Below the pieces are notes generated by a model. It ran no database searches, had not been told where the DNA came from, and saw only the letters and a program-made list of their open reading frames with translations. DNA of 63,734 nt, the filler included, from Reclinomonas americana ATCC 50394 (Eukaryota): assembly GCA_048213135.1 (NCBI GenBank). It is 10 parts of 10 records of this genome, joined end to end, with 100 filler letters (N's around TTAATTAATTAA, not from the genome) between each part and the next. Parts side by side here need not be neighbours in the genome. Positions count along the whole stretch, not along the records: positions 33,584 to 38,870 come from AFZH01023356.1; positions 38,971 to 58,453 come from AFZH01023357.1; 8 more parts are not named here. One strand, written 5' to 3'. This document shows positions 36,461-47,855 of this stretch, piece after piece (positions within the stretch are counted from its first letter, which is position 1; every line of letters begins with the position of its first letter). The position numbers and the translations under genes were made by a program.

Positions 36461-38797
36461 ATGTCGGGCGGTGAGTTGGCCCACTCGCATGCACACTGTG
36501 TTGCCTACACACGCACGCACGCACAGACACGCGCGCGAATGTCTGCACTTTGTGTTGTTTTGCTGTGCGTGACATTTCCCCCTCTTGCTGCTCACACCAA
36601 ACTTGCACGCAGAGTCGACGACACTGCGCATTGTGCACGTGAACGATGTGTACGAGCTGCATCAGTTCCCGCGACTGCGCACACTGGTGCAGCAGCAGCA
36701 GCAGCGATCGACTGATGCACGTGTAAAGACTGTGACAACCATGGCCGGAGACTTCCTCGCGCCCTCACTGCTCTCGGGCATTGATCGCGGTCGTGGCATG
36801 GTCGACTGTCTCAATCGCGTGCCTGTTGATATTGTCTCGTTTGGAAATCACGAGACCGATGTGCCGTATGAGTCGCTGGAGAGACGCATTGAGGAGTACT
36901 CGGGAGTGTGGCTCAACAGCAACATGCCGGCGTTTGGAGTGCCGTTGCCGGCGTCGCATGTGGTGCAAGTGGGCAAGCGCAAGGTCGCCTTTGTGGGACT
37001 CATGTCTGCGGATCCAACGTTGTACCGCCCGAATTCGTTTGGAGGTGCATTCACGTCGTTGACGCCGGTGAACAGCACGTTGCGTTGCTGCGCACAGTAG
37101 AGGGAGAGTGAGAGCTGTGCAGCGGCCAACGAATGTGCATGCTTGTAGATGTGCCGATTTGTGCCATCAGCTGCGTGGCAGTGTCGACTGTGTTATTCCG
37201 TTGACGCACCAGGATCAGCCGGATGACGATGCTCTCGGCCACATGGGTCTCTCGCTCGGTGTGCCGGTGGTTCTTGGCGGGCACGATCACAATGAGGTGA
37301 GGAGACGCAGGCGGGGGTGCGCACGCGTGTGTGCGTCGCTTATGCCTCCGATGCAGTGCGTCAAGTTTGTCAATGGCTGTCTCGTGGCCAAGAGCGGCAT
37401 GGATGCCAAGCGCGCCACCATTATTGAGTTGACGTGGAGCAGCGATGAGGATGTGCTGCCGACAGTGACGTTCCACATGGAGACGGTGACCGCGTACGAC
37501 CCCGACCCGGCGCTGGCCGAGATTGTGGGGTCGCACATGGTTTGTTGGAGTAGTCACCATCTCCCCTCTCTGTCTTCCCCTCTACTCTGTCTTCTCCCCC
37601 ACTCTGTCTTCTCCCCCACTCTGTCTCCCCACCTTTCCGTCTCTCTCCCCCACCCCTTTGTAATTGCAGTACGGTTCTCACCTTTCGTTGGGCAGGTGAA
37701 ACTTGCGGCCCTCGACTGCATGGTGTTGTTTTTGATTCGCGACAAGGAAGCGCCGGCACGCAGCCCCACCTCCACCGAGATGGCGGAAAAGTATTCGGGG
37801 TTGACGGCCCGGCAGCGCTTCCTCGCGCTCACGTTGCACTCGTTGCCGGCGATCTCGTCGGTGAATTCGCGCTGCCAGGGCACCACACTCGGCACGCTGC
37901 TGTGCTCCATTCTCCGCGGCATCCTCAACGTGGATGTAAGTTGGGGAGCGGGTTGCCCATGCGTGCGCATTTGCTGACTTTTTTTCCCATGCGCAGGCCT
38001 GCGTATTGGAGAGCGGCGGCGCTCTGCGTGTCCGCAAGGATTACCCCGAGCGCTTCACGTACGGCGATTTGCAGGCCGAGATGGTGCGTCGCATGTATCA
38101 GACACACGCACACCCCTTTTGTTTGCTAACTTTTAACTGTGGGGCGAAACAGCCGTTCGAGAACAATCTCGGCGTCATTGCGATGCCGGGAGCTGTGCTG
38201 GCCGAGGCCATTCGCGTCTCGCGCGACGTGCAACCCGGTGAGGAGAACTCGAGCTTGCTGCAAAACGACGACGGCATCACGATCGAGCCGGCGCCGTCAC
38301 ACCGCGTGACCCGCGTCGGCGGGCGGCCACTGGAACCGGAGCGCCTGTATCGTGTGGCATTCAACTTGGATCTCGGACTCGGGCACAGCAATCCCGTGCT
38401 GCGCGCATTCGCAGAGCGCAATCCAACCATTGTGCCACACGCCGACTCCTGTCTGCCGGCCAAGATCGTGCTGATGGAGTTCTTCAGTCGCCTCTTCTGG
38501 GAGCGCCTGCCCTCGTTCGACACGGTCGACGTGAACGGCGACGGCTTCCTGTCGGTGGACGAGGTGCGCGATCAGTACGTGAAGCTGTTTGCCGACGTGA
38601 ACGGCGACGGTGTCGTGGACGCCAGCGAACTGGCGGCCGCCAACTGCATGGCCGAGTTGCTGATCAAGGCCGTCGATCGCAACCGCGACTTCAAGGTCTC
38701 TCGCGAGGAGTACGAGACCATGTTTTGCGATTCCAGCCCGGCCGCACCAGCGCCCGTGTCGGTGCATGATCCGGACTATGTGCCGGCGTGGGAGTGA
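36461..38797 (+). CDS. 5'-nucleotidase/apyrase-family metallophosphoesterase with C-terminal EF-hands
   Basis: IVHVNDVYE, AGDFLAPS, FGNHE, PLTHQ and LGGHDH motifs; 5'-nucleotidase C domain (SGGALRVRKDY...TYGDL...PFEN); EF loops DVNGDGFLSVDE, DVNGDGVVDASE and DRNRDFKVSREE. Confidence 0.9.
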
Positions 38798-38970
38798 GTG
38801 TGAGGGAGGAAAGGAGGAAGGGAAATGTAATGTGACCGTTGCAAATTTGGCGGGAGGCGAGAGGAGGGGGNNNNNNNNNNNNNNNNNNNNNNNNNNNNNN
38901 NNNNNNNNNNNNNNTTAATTAATTAANNNNNNNNNNNNNNNNNNNNNNNNNNNNNNNNNNNNNNNNNNNN

Positions 38971-41900
38971 CCGTCGGAGTTGAACAGTTTGCAGACGCTG
39001 GCCGAGAAGATGATTCGCGACTCGATGCCGCGCAAGTCAGCTGTACTGGCACTCTATGGTTCGTGCTCGAGTGAGATACAGAGAAGAGGATAATGCGAGA
39101 CGAGAAAGTGACTGAAAACAACATAGAGAGACTGAGAGACACAGCAAGCAGACTGATGCGTTGACAAGAAAACAGAAGCCCCGTGTCGCTGTCGCTTTTT
39201 CGCTGTCGCTTTGTCGATGTCGCCTTGTCGATGTCGCCTTGTCGCTGTCGCCTTGTCGCTGTCGCCTTGTCGCTGTCGCCTTGTCGCTGTCGCTTTGTCG
39301 CTGTCGCTTTGTCGCTGTCGCTTTGTCGCTGTCGCTTTGTCGCTGTCGCTTTGTCGCTGTCGCTTTGTCGCTGTCGCTTTGTCGCTGTCGCTTTGTCGCT
39401 GTCGCTTTGTCGCTATCGCTGCAAAGCACCCCTCTTTCCTCAGCAATCTCACTTGTCCCTTCATTTGCCCGCAGAGTGGCTCGAACAAAGCAAGAAGCGC
39501 GAGTTCGCTGCCAGGGCCTCCCGCGCCGCCGCCCTGGCCGCCTCCATCCTGGGCACGCACTCGCGGTACGGGAACGAAGGCGTCAGCGACGCGTCACTCA
39601 CCGAGTTCGACGAGGAGTACACGTCGGCCAACCGAGACGGCATTCGATCGCGCTCCGCCGACTCGCGTGGCGTCAGTCGGACGCAACAGCGCTCGGCGCG
39701 CATGCACATTGGTTCGTCGCACAGTGCCCGTCACCGCGTGGTGCGCTCCGCGCGCTCCTCGCAAGACGGACGCGGTTCGCACGCCGACCGACCGCCGTCG
39801 CCCATCTCACGCTGGTCGGCGGTCCCCGGCGAAGAGGAGGACACGGCCACGCGCCCCACCGGCAGTCGTCAGAGCCGCCGGGGTACGACCATGCACGGCG
39901 TGTTCATTCTCGACTCGGATCCGTCGCGCGACAGTTTCGATGGAGGAGGTGGCGGTGGTGGTGTTGGTGGTGTGGTCGGTCGGACGCGGATTGGCAGCAC
40001 GCCGGGGTTGGGTGGGGTCGACGAGTTTGGCGACGATTATGGTCGCGCGCTGACACCGTCGCCGTCGTCGACGGCGGATGGGACGGAGACGAGAGATGTG
40101 CCGCACACGACGCTGTTCTTGCAGGGCGTGCCGGCCATGCTGCGCACACCCGACGGTCTGCTGCGGCACGGATTGCTGATGCTGGGGAGCGGGTTGCCGT
40201 CCTCCAATATGCATGCGTTGTTTGTGGCGAGGGCGGCGGATGCGGGGGTGCCGGAGTCGGCGTTTTGTCAGCCGGGGACGTTGCGCGGAATGGGGGAAGG
40301 GAGGGGTAGGGTGAAGGGAGGGTGAAGGGAAAGGGAGATGAGGAGAGAAGAGAAGGGGAGTAGAGAGAAAAGAAGAGAAGGGAAGAGAGGAAATGAAAAG
40401 AGCAAAGGAGATGAAAAGAGACGAAGAGATGAGAAAGAGAAGAAGAAATGAGATGAGAAGAGAAGAAGAGAAAGGAGAGAAGAGAAAATAGGGAAAGGAT
40501 GAGAAAACATGCGAGGGCAGAAGAGAAGAGAGAAGAAAGAGACGAGTAGAAACGAGGAGAGATGGGATGTGAAGAGAAGAGAAGAGAAGAGATGGGATTA
40601 GAAGAGATGGAAGGAGAAGAGAAGAGAAGAGATGGGATTAGAAGAGGAGTGAAAAAGGAAAGAGAAGAAAGCAGCGGAGGAGAGGAGGGGAGAAAAGAGA
40701 GGAGAGACGAGAAGAGAGGAGAACAGAAGAGAAGATAAGAGAGGAGAGAAAGAGGAGAGGGGAAGAGAAGAGAAAGGCGAGAAGAGAAAATAAGAGGAGA
40801 AGGACAGGGAAAGAAGAGAAGAGAAGGGAGAAGAAAGAGACGAGGAGAAACGAGGAGAGAAGAGATGAAAAGACAAGAGAAGAAAGAAGAGAAGAGACGA
40901 GAAGGTGAAAGCACGAGTTGAGAGCAGGAGAATAGAAAATAAAGGAGAGGACAGAGAAAGGAGGAAAGCAGAGATGAAAGCAGAGACAGCAGAAGAGGTG
41001 GGGAGAGAAGAAAAGGCGACAGATGAGAAGAAAAAGAAGGCATGAAAGAGAAGAGAGGAGGTTACATGAGGAGAGACGAGAGACCTACTCTTGCTGATCC
41101 TCACTTTGCATTGTTGCAGGGAATTGGTGGTCAGCTCTGTTCCAGCTGTTGTGACGCCGGTGAGTGGAGAGGGAGCAGGGATGGAATTTGGGAAAGAAGA
41201 ATGGAGATTGAGTGAGTGGATCAGGAGAACTTGGTGGGATGTTTTAAGGAGAAGATCGAGCGTGCGGCTGTGGCTACTCGGGGACGTAGAATTCGTAAGC
41301 TTGAGTCAAGAAGGTGGACGAGTGAGAGACAATTGAGCAAGACGCGGAGACAGTCGACGCAAAGTGGAGCAGACAGGAACAGAATGGATCAGTGGATGAC
41401 TGAGGGAGTGAGAGAGCTTTGGACACCACTGCACGCCGGCATTTGTGTTTCAGTCACTGCTGTGTGGCTGTGAAGCCAGTCAACTGCCATGAGACAGATT
41501 CCGCTGCACGAGAGGGAAGAGTCAGTTAACTTGGAGAGGAGAACACGACGTTGCCTTTCTCATGCTCTGCCTTCCCTTTCGTCATCCCTTTGCCTTTCCT
41601 TCCTCATCCCCTTTCCTCCCCACCGCAGCTCATCATCCACCAAGCCGGCCGACGCCTCTTCCACCTGGTGCTGGAGGACGCATCGCTGCTCTCACTGCTG
41701 GCCAACGAGCTGCTGGAGAATGTGCGCGACGATGTGGACGGGCTCATTGTGCGCCAGCTCAAAATCCTGCCGCGCTACATTGCCGGTGAGTGCGTCACCC
41801 TCCACCTGACGAGGACCTCAGTGCTCTCATCTTCTCAAAAAAAGGTCACGGTCGACCCAACACACGCAACTCCGAGGCGGCCGCCGAGGCGCTGTTGACC

Positions 41901-44675
41901 GATCCCGCGTGGGTGCAGCGTGTGATGCCTGTGCACGGCTCGCTGCCGTACTACGGCCAGTACCGGCACACACCGTCGCCGCCACCGTCGCCACCGATGT
42001 CGCCTCCACAGCTGCAGCAACATCAACTGCAGCAACAACAGCAAGCTGCGGCCGCCGCCGCTGCTACAGCGGCTGCCGCCATTGCTTCGATGCATCAGCA
42101 TCGCCTGCTGGCGCACGACGGCGGCAAATTGGGTCGTCCGCGCTCCGACAGCTTCCCCGCCATGCCCGTGTCGCACGGTGGCGGGCGGCTGCACTCGGGA
42201 CGCAGCCTGACCCCGCTGCAGACGTCGCCGGCCGTGTCACCCGGTCGCTTCATGAACCCCGACGACATGATCGACCAGTTGTTGCGCGAGATGCCGAGCG
42301 TGTTGCGCCGGTCGACCACGCAACTGCCGCACGGACAGCCGGCGCCGATGCAGTCTGCGTCGTCGACACAGCAGGCCAGCAGCCAGTTGATTCACGGACT
42401 GGTGCTGTCGCCCAACTCGCTGCTGGCCACGCTCGCCATGGCGTCGCCAATGCCGATGCTGAAGATCGAGGCCATCAGCAGCCACTCGCCCGTGTCGTCG
42501 TCCGCGCAGACCGCGTCACCACAGCAGTCGCAGCAACAGCAGCAGCAGTCACCGCAGTCCACGCAGTCGGCGTCGTCGGACAAGGAGCGAAAACGCTCAC
42601 TCCCGCGGCCTCCGCACGCGCCGCCCTACGACGAGTCGGCCATGTCGCTGTGCGAGGTGCTGCCGCCGGAGCTGTTGCAGACGGCGGCCGCCGATTCGGT
42701 CAAGGAGATGACGGAGCGCTTGGTGTCGGCGCAGTTGAACACGGATGCGGGCTCGCTGGGGGAGGCCGTCGACGAGGTGTTTACGCGCTACGAGATCCTC
42801 ATGGGGCGCGCCCGCAACGCCAAGGTGAAGAGCGTCAAGGCGGCGCTGCGTTTCCGCGCGCTCTTCTCCATGTTTAGCGGGCGTCGCAATTATGGAGGCC
42901 CGCCGACGGGAGACAGTGATGATGAGGATAATGGTGCGGCGGGTGAAGCTTCACAGGCGTGGCTGCGACCACCGAGCAACAGCGAGCTGTTGGAGTTTTT
43001 GGAGGACGACGATTTCGGCGATGCATGGCTGTCGTGGTTGCAGCAGGTGCTGATTACGATGAAGCGCAGCAATGTGCGCGACCGGTGGACGCATGTGCTG
43101 TCGCTCATCTCGGGCAAGTTTGTGGAGCTGCAGGGGGAGGTAAATTGATAAAGGGGAAGAGAGAGAGAGAGAGAGGAAGGGGATTGCTTATTATTATTGC
43201 TTCGCAGTATGTGGCCGCCGAGAAGCGCACGCCGGACTACTTTCAGCGTGCTGCGCTGCAAGCGGCGCATGAGGAGGGTGTGGCGGCAGGGCAGGGTTCA
43301 TCGACCATGGCGCGCATTCCGTCGGGGCTGAATCGGGCGGCGGCGGTGGTGGCGACGGGGGTGGTGAGGAATCGGCTGCCGTTGTTGCCGGTGCGCGTGT
43401 CGTCGCAGGTGATGGGGGCGGCGGGGGCGGGGGCGGGGTTGACGGCGGCGGCGCCGTCGACAATGACGTTGATGTTGCCGCCGTCGGCGGGGGAGTCGAG
43501 GAGGTCGAGTTTGTCGGTGGTGGATGAGCAGTTTCGTCGAGGGGGAAGGGGGTAAGGGGGAAGGGAAGGGAAGGGGGGGAGGGGGCAAAGGGGGGCAAAG
43601 GGGAAGGGAGAGTTGGGCAACGTAGCTTTATTTATATTTTTGGGAGACGAAGGTGGAAGGGAAGAGGGCAAGGGAAGGGAAGTGTGAAAGGAGATCTGTA
43701 TGCCTCCAGGTCTCCGTTGTTTTTTGGATTGTGTGAATCTCTCTGATTTCTGTTGCTGAGCTTCGCGAATATTAATGGTTGGGGAACGAGGGAAGGGAAT
43801 GGAGGAAAGGATTCTGCGAAGCCTCTGTTCTGTGTTCTGGCAGACTGTGTCAGATGTTGTGCATGTATCTCAATTTCTGTCACTGAGCTCCGCATTTGAG
43901 AAAGACAAGCGGGGGCACGAAAAGGGAAGGGCATTGAGGAACGAGCCCTGCAACTCAGCTGTTCTGCGTTCCGTCAGAATGACTTGTCTGTGAATGTGGA
44001 AGCTGCTCTTTTTTCTGTTGCTGACTATGGGGAAGGCGAGGGGAAAGGGTGCGTGTTTTGCATTCTGCCATTCTGTGTTTGAGATTGTGTGAGTATGTCT
44101 GGTTCCTGTTGCCGACTGTTGTTTTTTGGGAAGGACAAGAGAAGGAGAAGGGAGGAAGGAGCTCACTGTGTCTACAATTCCTTGTTCTGTCAGAGTGAGA
44201 GTGTGCAGACCTCTCTGTCTTTCTGTCGTTGAGGCCCGCAGTTGTTGCTGTCTGGGAAATGATCATTCTCTCGCTGAGAACAATCTGAGTCTTCCTAATC
44301 ACTCACACTTCGCCCCCACGCAGACCCCTCCCCACCCGCGACGAATTCGAGCTGCTCGAGCTGCGCGCCCGACTCCTGCTGATGGTGCTGCAGAATGTCG
44401 ACCACACGGTCAACCAGGTGTTACCGCCGCTGCTGGCGCACCGTGGTATGGCGACCGATGGCATGCCGGGTCCAGCCCATGCCGAGTTGCGCGCGTTGAT
44501 GGAGGGAGAGGGGGTGGAGGAGACGTTGCTCATTCCAGTGTCGTGCAGGGAGCTGCGTGGTGTGCGAAAGCAGCATCTGTTGGAGGAGAAGCGAGTGCTG
44601 ACACGAGCGGTGCGCTCGCTGCTGCGTGCCGTGCACATTCACAAGACGGAGCCGTCGGGGAGGGTGGAGTTGTGA
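38971..44675 (+). CDS. Large hypothetical multi-exon protein, 5' end missing
   Basis: Coding-like exons at about 39476-40290, 41629-41785, 41845-43139, 43208-43530 and 44323-44675 with GT-AG borders; no domain recognised. Confidence 0.65.
39185..39420. repeat. 14-bp tandem repeat (TTGTCGCTGTCGC[T/C])n, about 16 copies, intronic
   Basis: Seen directly; lies upstream of the acceptor near 39475. Confidence 0.92.
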
Positions 44676-44734
44676 GTGGTTATGAAATATTCTAATTGTT
44701 TATGTTGAGGTTGGGGGCAGGGTCGCAGATGTGC

Positions 44735-44968
44735 AACCCTCGACCCTCGAACGTTAACCCTCAACCCTCGACTCACAACCCTCGAAAATCGTCAAGGGTC
44801 GAGGGTCGAGGGTCGAGGGTCGAGGGTTGAGGGTTGAGGATCGAGGATTAAGGGTCGAGGGAGAAGGGTCAAGGGTTGAGGGAGGGTGCGGCGCGACACT
44901 GGTTTCTCGACTTTCGCAGATTTTGGAGTTACGAATCGAAGGTCGAGGGTTGACGGACGAGGGTTGAC
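44735..44968. repeat. Interstitial telomere-like heptamer array: (CCCTCRA)n followed by (TYGAGGG)n
   Basis: C-rich copies 44735-44785, G-rich copies 44792-44886, degenerate copies to 44968. Confidence 0.8.
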
Positions 44969-45967
44969 GGTGGAGAGCACATGGTCACAGGCAATGGGAA
45001 CTTGGCGAACTGCGAGGTGCGAAGGCGCCTCACCGAGAGCAGAGTTGGAGTCGAGGGGCAAGAGTACAAGGGACAAAGTTGACTGCGCGACAGCCGGCAC
45101 TTTGAGGACTGCGGCAGCACAGCAGCTGTGATGGCAGCGTGACTCGCGCCACGCACTCAGCCAGCCTTCGTCGGCTTGCCACGAAATTTTTGAAGTGCAG
45201 CTCGTTGCCCTCGAGTCAGTGACGATATCAACGGGAAGTGCATTGTGCTCACTTTGCGGCGCCACCTTCTGCGAGCCCGCAACCCACGAAAGGCACCTTT
45301 CTCGAACGATCCCGAAGCCGGTTTCTACGATACAGTTGTATTCTCTCGGAGCTTTGAACAAGTGCATTGCAGCGTGTTTGCACAAGTGGGTTCAAGCGTC
45401 ATGCGCCACAGGTCGACGTTTGTGGGTGCAGAGAGCAAATGGAGAGGGAACACGGCACGAGATATCGATATCGATAAATTCAAATGAGAAATGCTTCCTC
45501 GCAAGCTTTGCAGCGACTTCCGCCTATGGACTTGGTGCTCGTCTCGTTGTGTGCCATGGGTGGTGAGCTGCAGCCAACGACGTGCGTCCCATGACAACCA
45601 GTATTCCGCCAATTCCGTCTCATCCCCCACTGCGCATTTCATGGGCACCTCCTCGTCTTCCGACAACAGTGGCAGTGGCAGCGGCTCCGGCAGCGGCTCC
45701 GGCGACAACAGCGGTGAGAGAGAGAGAGCACGACAAGCAAACAAACAAACACAAAGGGGAAACAATGCCTCACACTCTGCTCTCTTTGCTCTTTGCTCTC
45801 TCTGTTTGTTTGTTTTTTTGAAGGTGTGGGTGGTGGCTGGCGCCAGACACCAACGTGCGACATGATGCAGCCGATGCCGACGTCAATGACGACGGTGAGT
45901 GCGAGAAAAATTAATGTGTGCGAGAAGTTTTTTAGTGAGAGTGAGAGTGATGATGGAGGAGGGTTGT

Positions 45968-46003
<36 letters not shown>

Positions 46004-46087
46004 GAAGGGGAGTGAGTGTGTGAGAGCGAGAGGGGGAGAGGAAGGGGGAGTAAGTGTGAGTGAGACAATGAGTGACACATAAACACA

Positions 46088-46119
<32 letters not shown>

Positions 46120-46184
46120 TGTGTGTGTGTGTGTGTGTGTGTGCGACACTCTTTCACACAAACACTCTCAATCACGCTCACTCA

Positions 46185-46219
<35 letters not shown>

Positions 46220-46619
46220 TCACTCACTCTCGCTCTCTCTCTCTCACACACACACACTCTCTCTCACTCACACACTCATTCACACACTCACACACTAACT
46301 CACTCTCTCTCTCTCACTCACTCACACACTAACTCACTCTCTCTCTCTCACTCACTCACTCCCTCCCTCCCTTCCCTCCCTTCTTTCCACCATTCACTCA
46401 TGCTCATCTCCGCTTTCTGTACAGCCCGTCGCTCTCGACGTGGAAACGTACGCGTCGCCCGTGGACAGCTTATTCAAGTGAGGTGGGAAGGGTGGCTTTG
46501 TTTTTTGTGTCGCGCCGACTGCAACCTCCCCTCTGTCAAACGCGGATGATGATACGTGTGTGAAGTAAATCTTTGACACGCTCGAGACCTTTGGCGGTCG
46601 GTGCAAGGATCCACGGGCA

Positions 46620-46860
46620 ATCGCCATGATCGCACTGTGCGGTCATTGCCTCAACTCACCACCCACTGCCCGTCGCCAGAGACCGCCACTGTTCTCACAA
46701 TGGCCGCATGACCGTGCATGCACGACACCTCTTGTCCACTGCTCACCTCCCACATGCGCACAGTGCAGTCCTTGCCGCCAGTGACCACGTGAAGTCCGTA
46801 GGGTGTCACTGCCAGTGCATGTACGCAGCTGGTGATGCTCTTCCTGTGAGTAGAGACCAC
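46620..46860 (-). pseudogene. Degenerate WD40-repeat fragment
   Basis: VHALAVTPYGLHVVTGGKDCTVRMWEV...GHAAIVRTVAVSGDGQWVVS*GNDRTVRSW; an in-frame TGA at 46651-46653 replaces the conserved Gly, and the flanks lose frame. Confidence 0.75.
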
Positions 46861-47185
46861 ATGCGCAGACTCATGTCGCCGTCGCAGTCGACGTTGAAGA
46901 GGTGCTGTGTTTGTCGGGGGAGAAGAGAACGTGGCTGATGACGCTGTGGTGGTGGTTCCAGTGGAGGAGCGGGTGGAGGAGGGAGGTGGTCATGGGAAAG
47001 GAGGAGAGGAGAAAGGATTTGTCACGCACAAGTCCTACTTGTCAGATCGCCAGCTGCTGTTGAGCAGAAGTGAGCTTGCCTGTTCTCTTTCTGCTGTCAG
47101 TGTCAGTCCTCGCTGTGTGCGTTTGTGCAAGAGAGAAGGAGAAAAGGAGAGCGAGTTGTTGCATTTCTCCGCTTCTTATTGTGCC

Positions 47186-47230
<45 letters not shown>

Positions 47231-47855
47231 TTCCCCGTGCATCTTGTCTGTGTGCTGCTTGTTCTTCTTGTTGTTGTGACGCATCATCATGGCAAGTGGG
47301 AGTGGAGTGCCGCGTGAGTTGCGTGTCTCTCTCATTGTGTTATTGTCAGATGCATCATCATCATCATGTCTCACACCGTGTGTGATTCGTTCCCTGTCAC
47401 TCTCTTCGCCTCTCCTCTCCTCTCCCGTGCAGTCATTCTCACGATGCTGGTGATGAAGAATGCATGATTCGCCTTGCCAAAGCCCTGTCTCGTCCATGCA
47501 CCCGCGCTCTGCAATCCAAACTCGAGCAAGTGCTGCCGGCGTTTCTCGATTCGTATCCCGGTGTGAATCACGTTGCCGAGTGGTGCAAGGCGCCGAGTGA
47601 GCGTGATGTGCGGTGAGTGTGTGGGGAGAGATGTGGAAGCCCACGAAGTCAAGATGCAGATGGGAGAAGAGAAGAGATTGCCACAAGCAAGTGGCAGATG
47701 GTGACGCACTTGTCATCCCTTTCTCCCCATTCTCACGCTCTTCATTGTCTCACACACACGACTACACATTCTATCCCTGATGAATGCCCCCACTTTCTTG
47801 TCACACACGTCCCTCGACTCACCTGCATCCTTGTGACTTCCCCACATGCAGCACC

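Noticed and set aside
39037..39560. ORFs with SDSDKATATKRQRQ or VAVALSLSLCRCRF repeats
   Set aside because: They are translations of a stop-free 14-bp intronic tandem repeat.
39904..41104. Long Ser/Leu/Phe-rich ORFs here and at 26421-26800, 52583-53050, 54117-55212 and 57244-58443
   Set aside because: They are artefacts of purine or pyrimidine low-complexity intronic tracts that lack stops.
45240..45310. C2H2-like peptide CSLCGATFCEPATHERHL
   Set aside because: The final His is missing and there is no supporting gene structure; at best a decayed fragment.
46651..46653. TGA read-through or genetic code reassignment
   Set aside because: TGA, TAA and TAG all terminate well-conserved genes in this window; a single GGA-to-TGA change in a decaying fragment is simpler.
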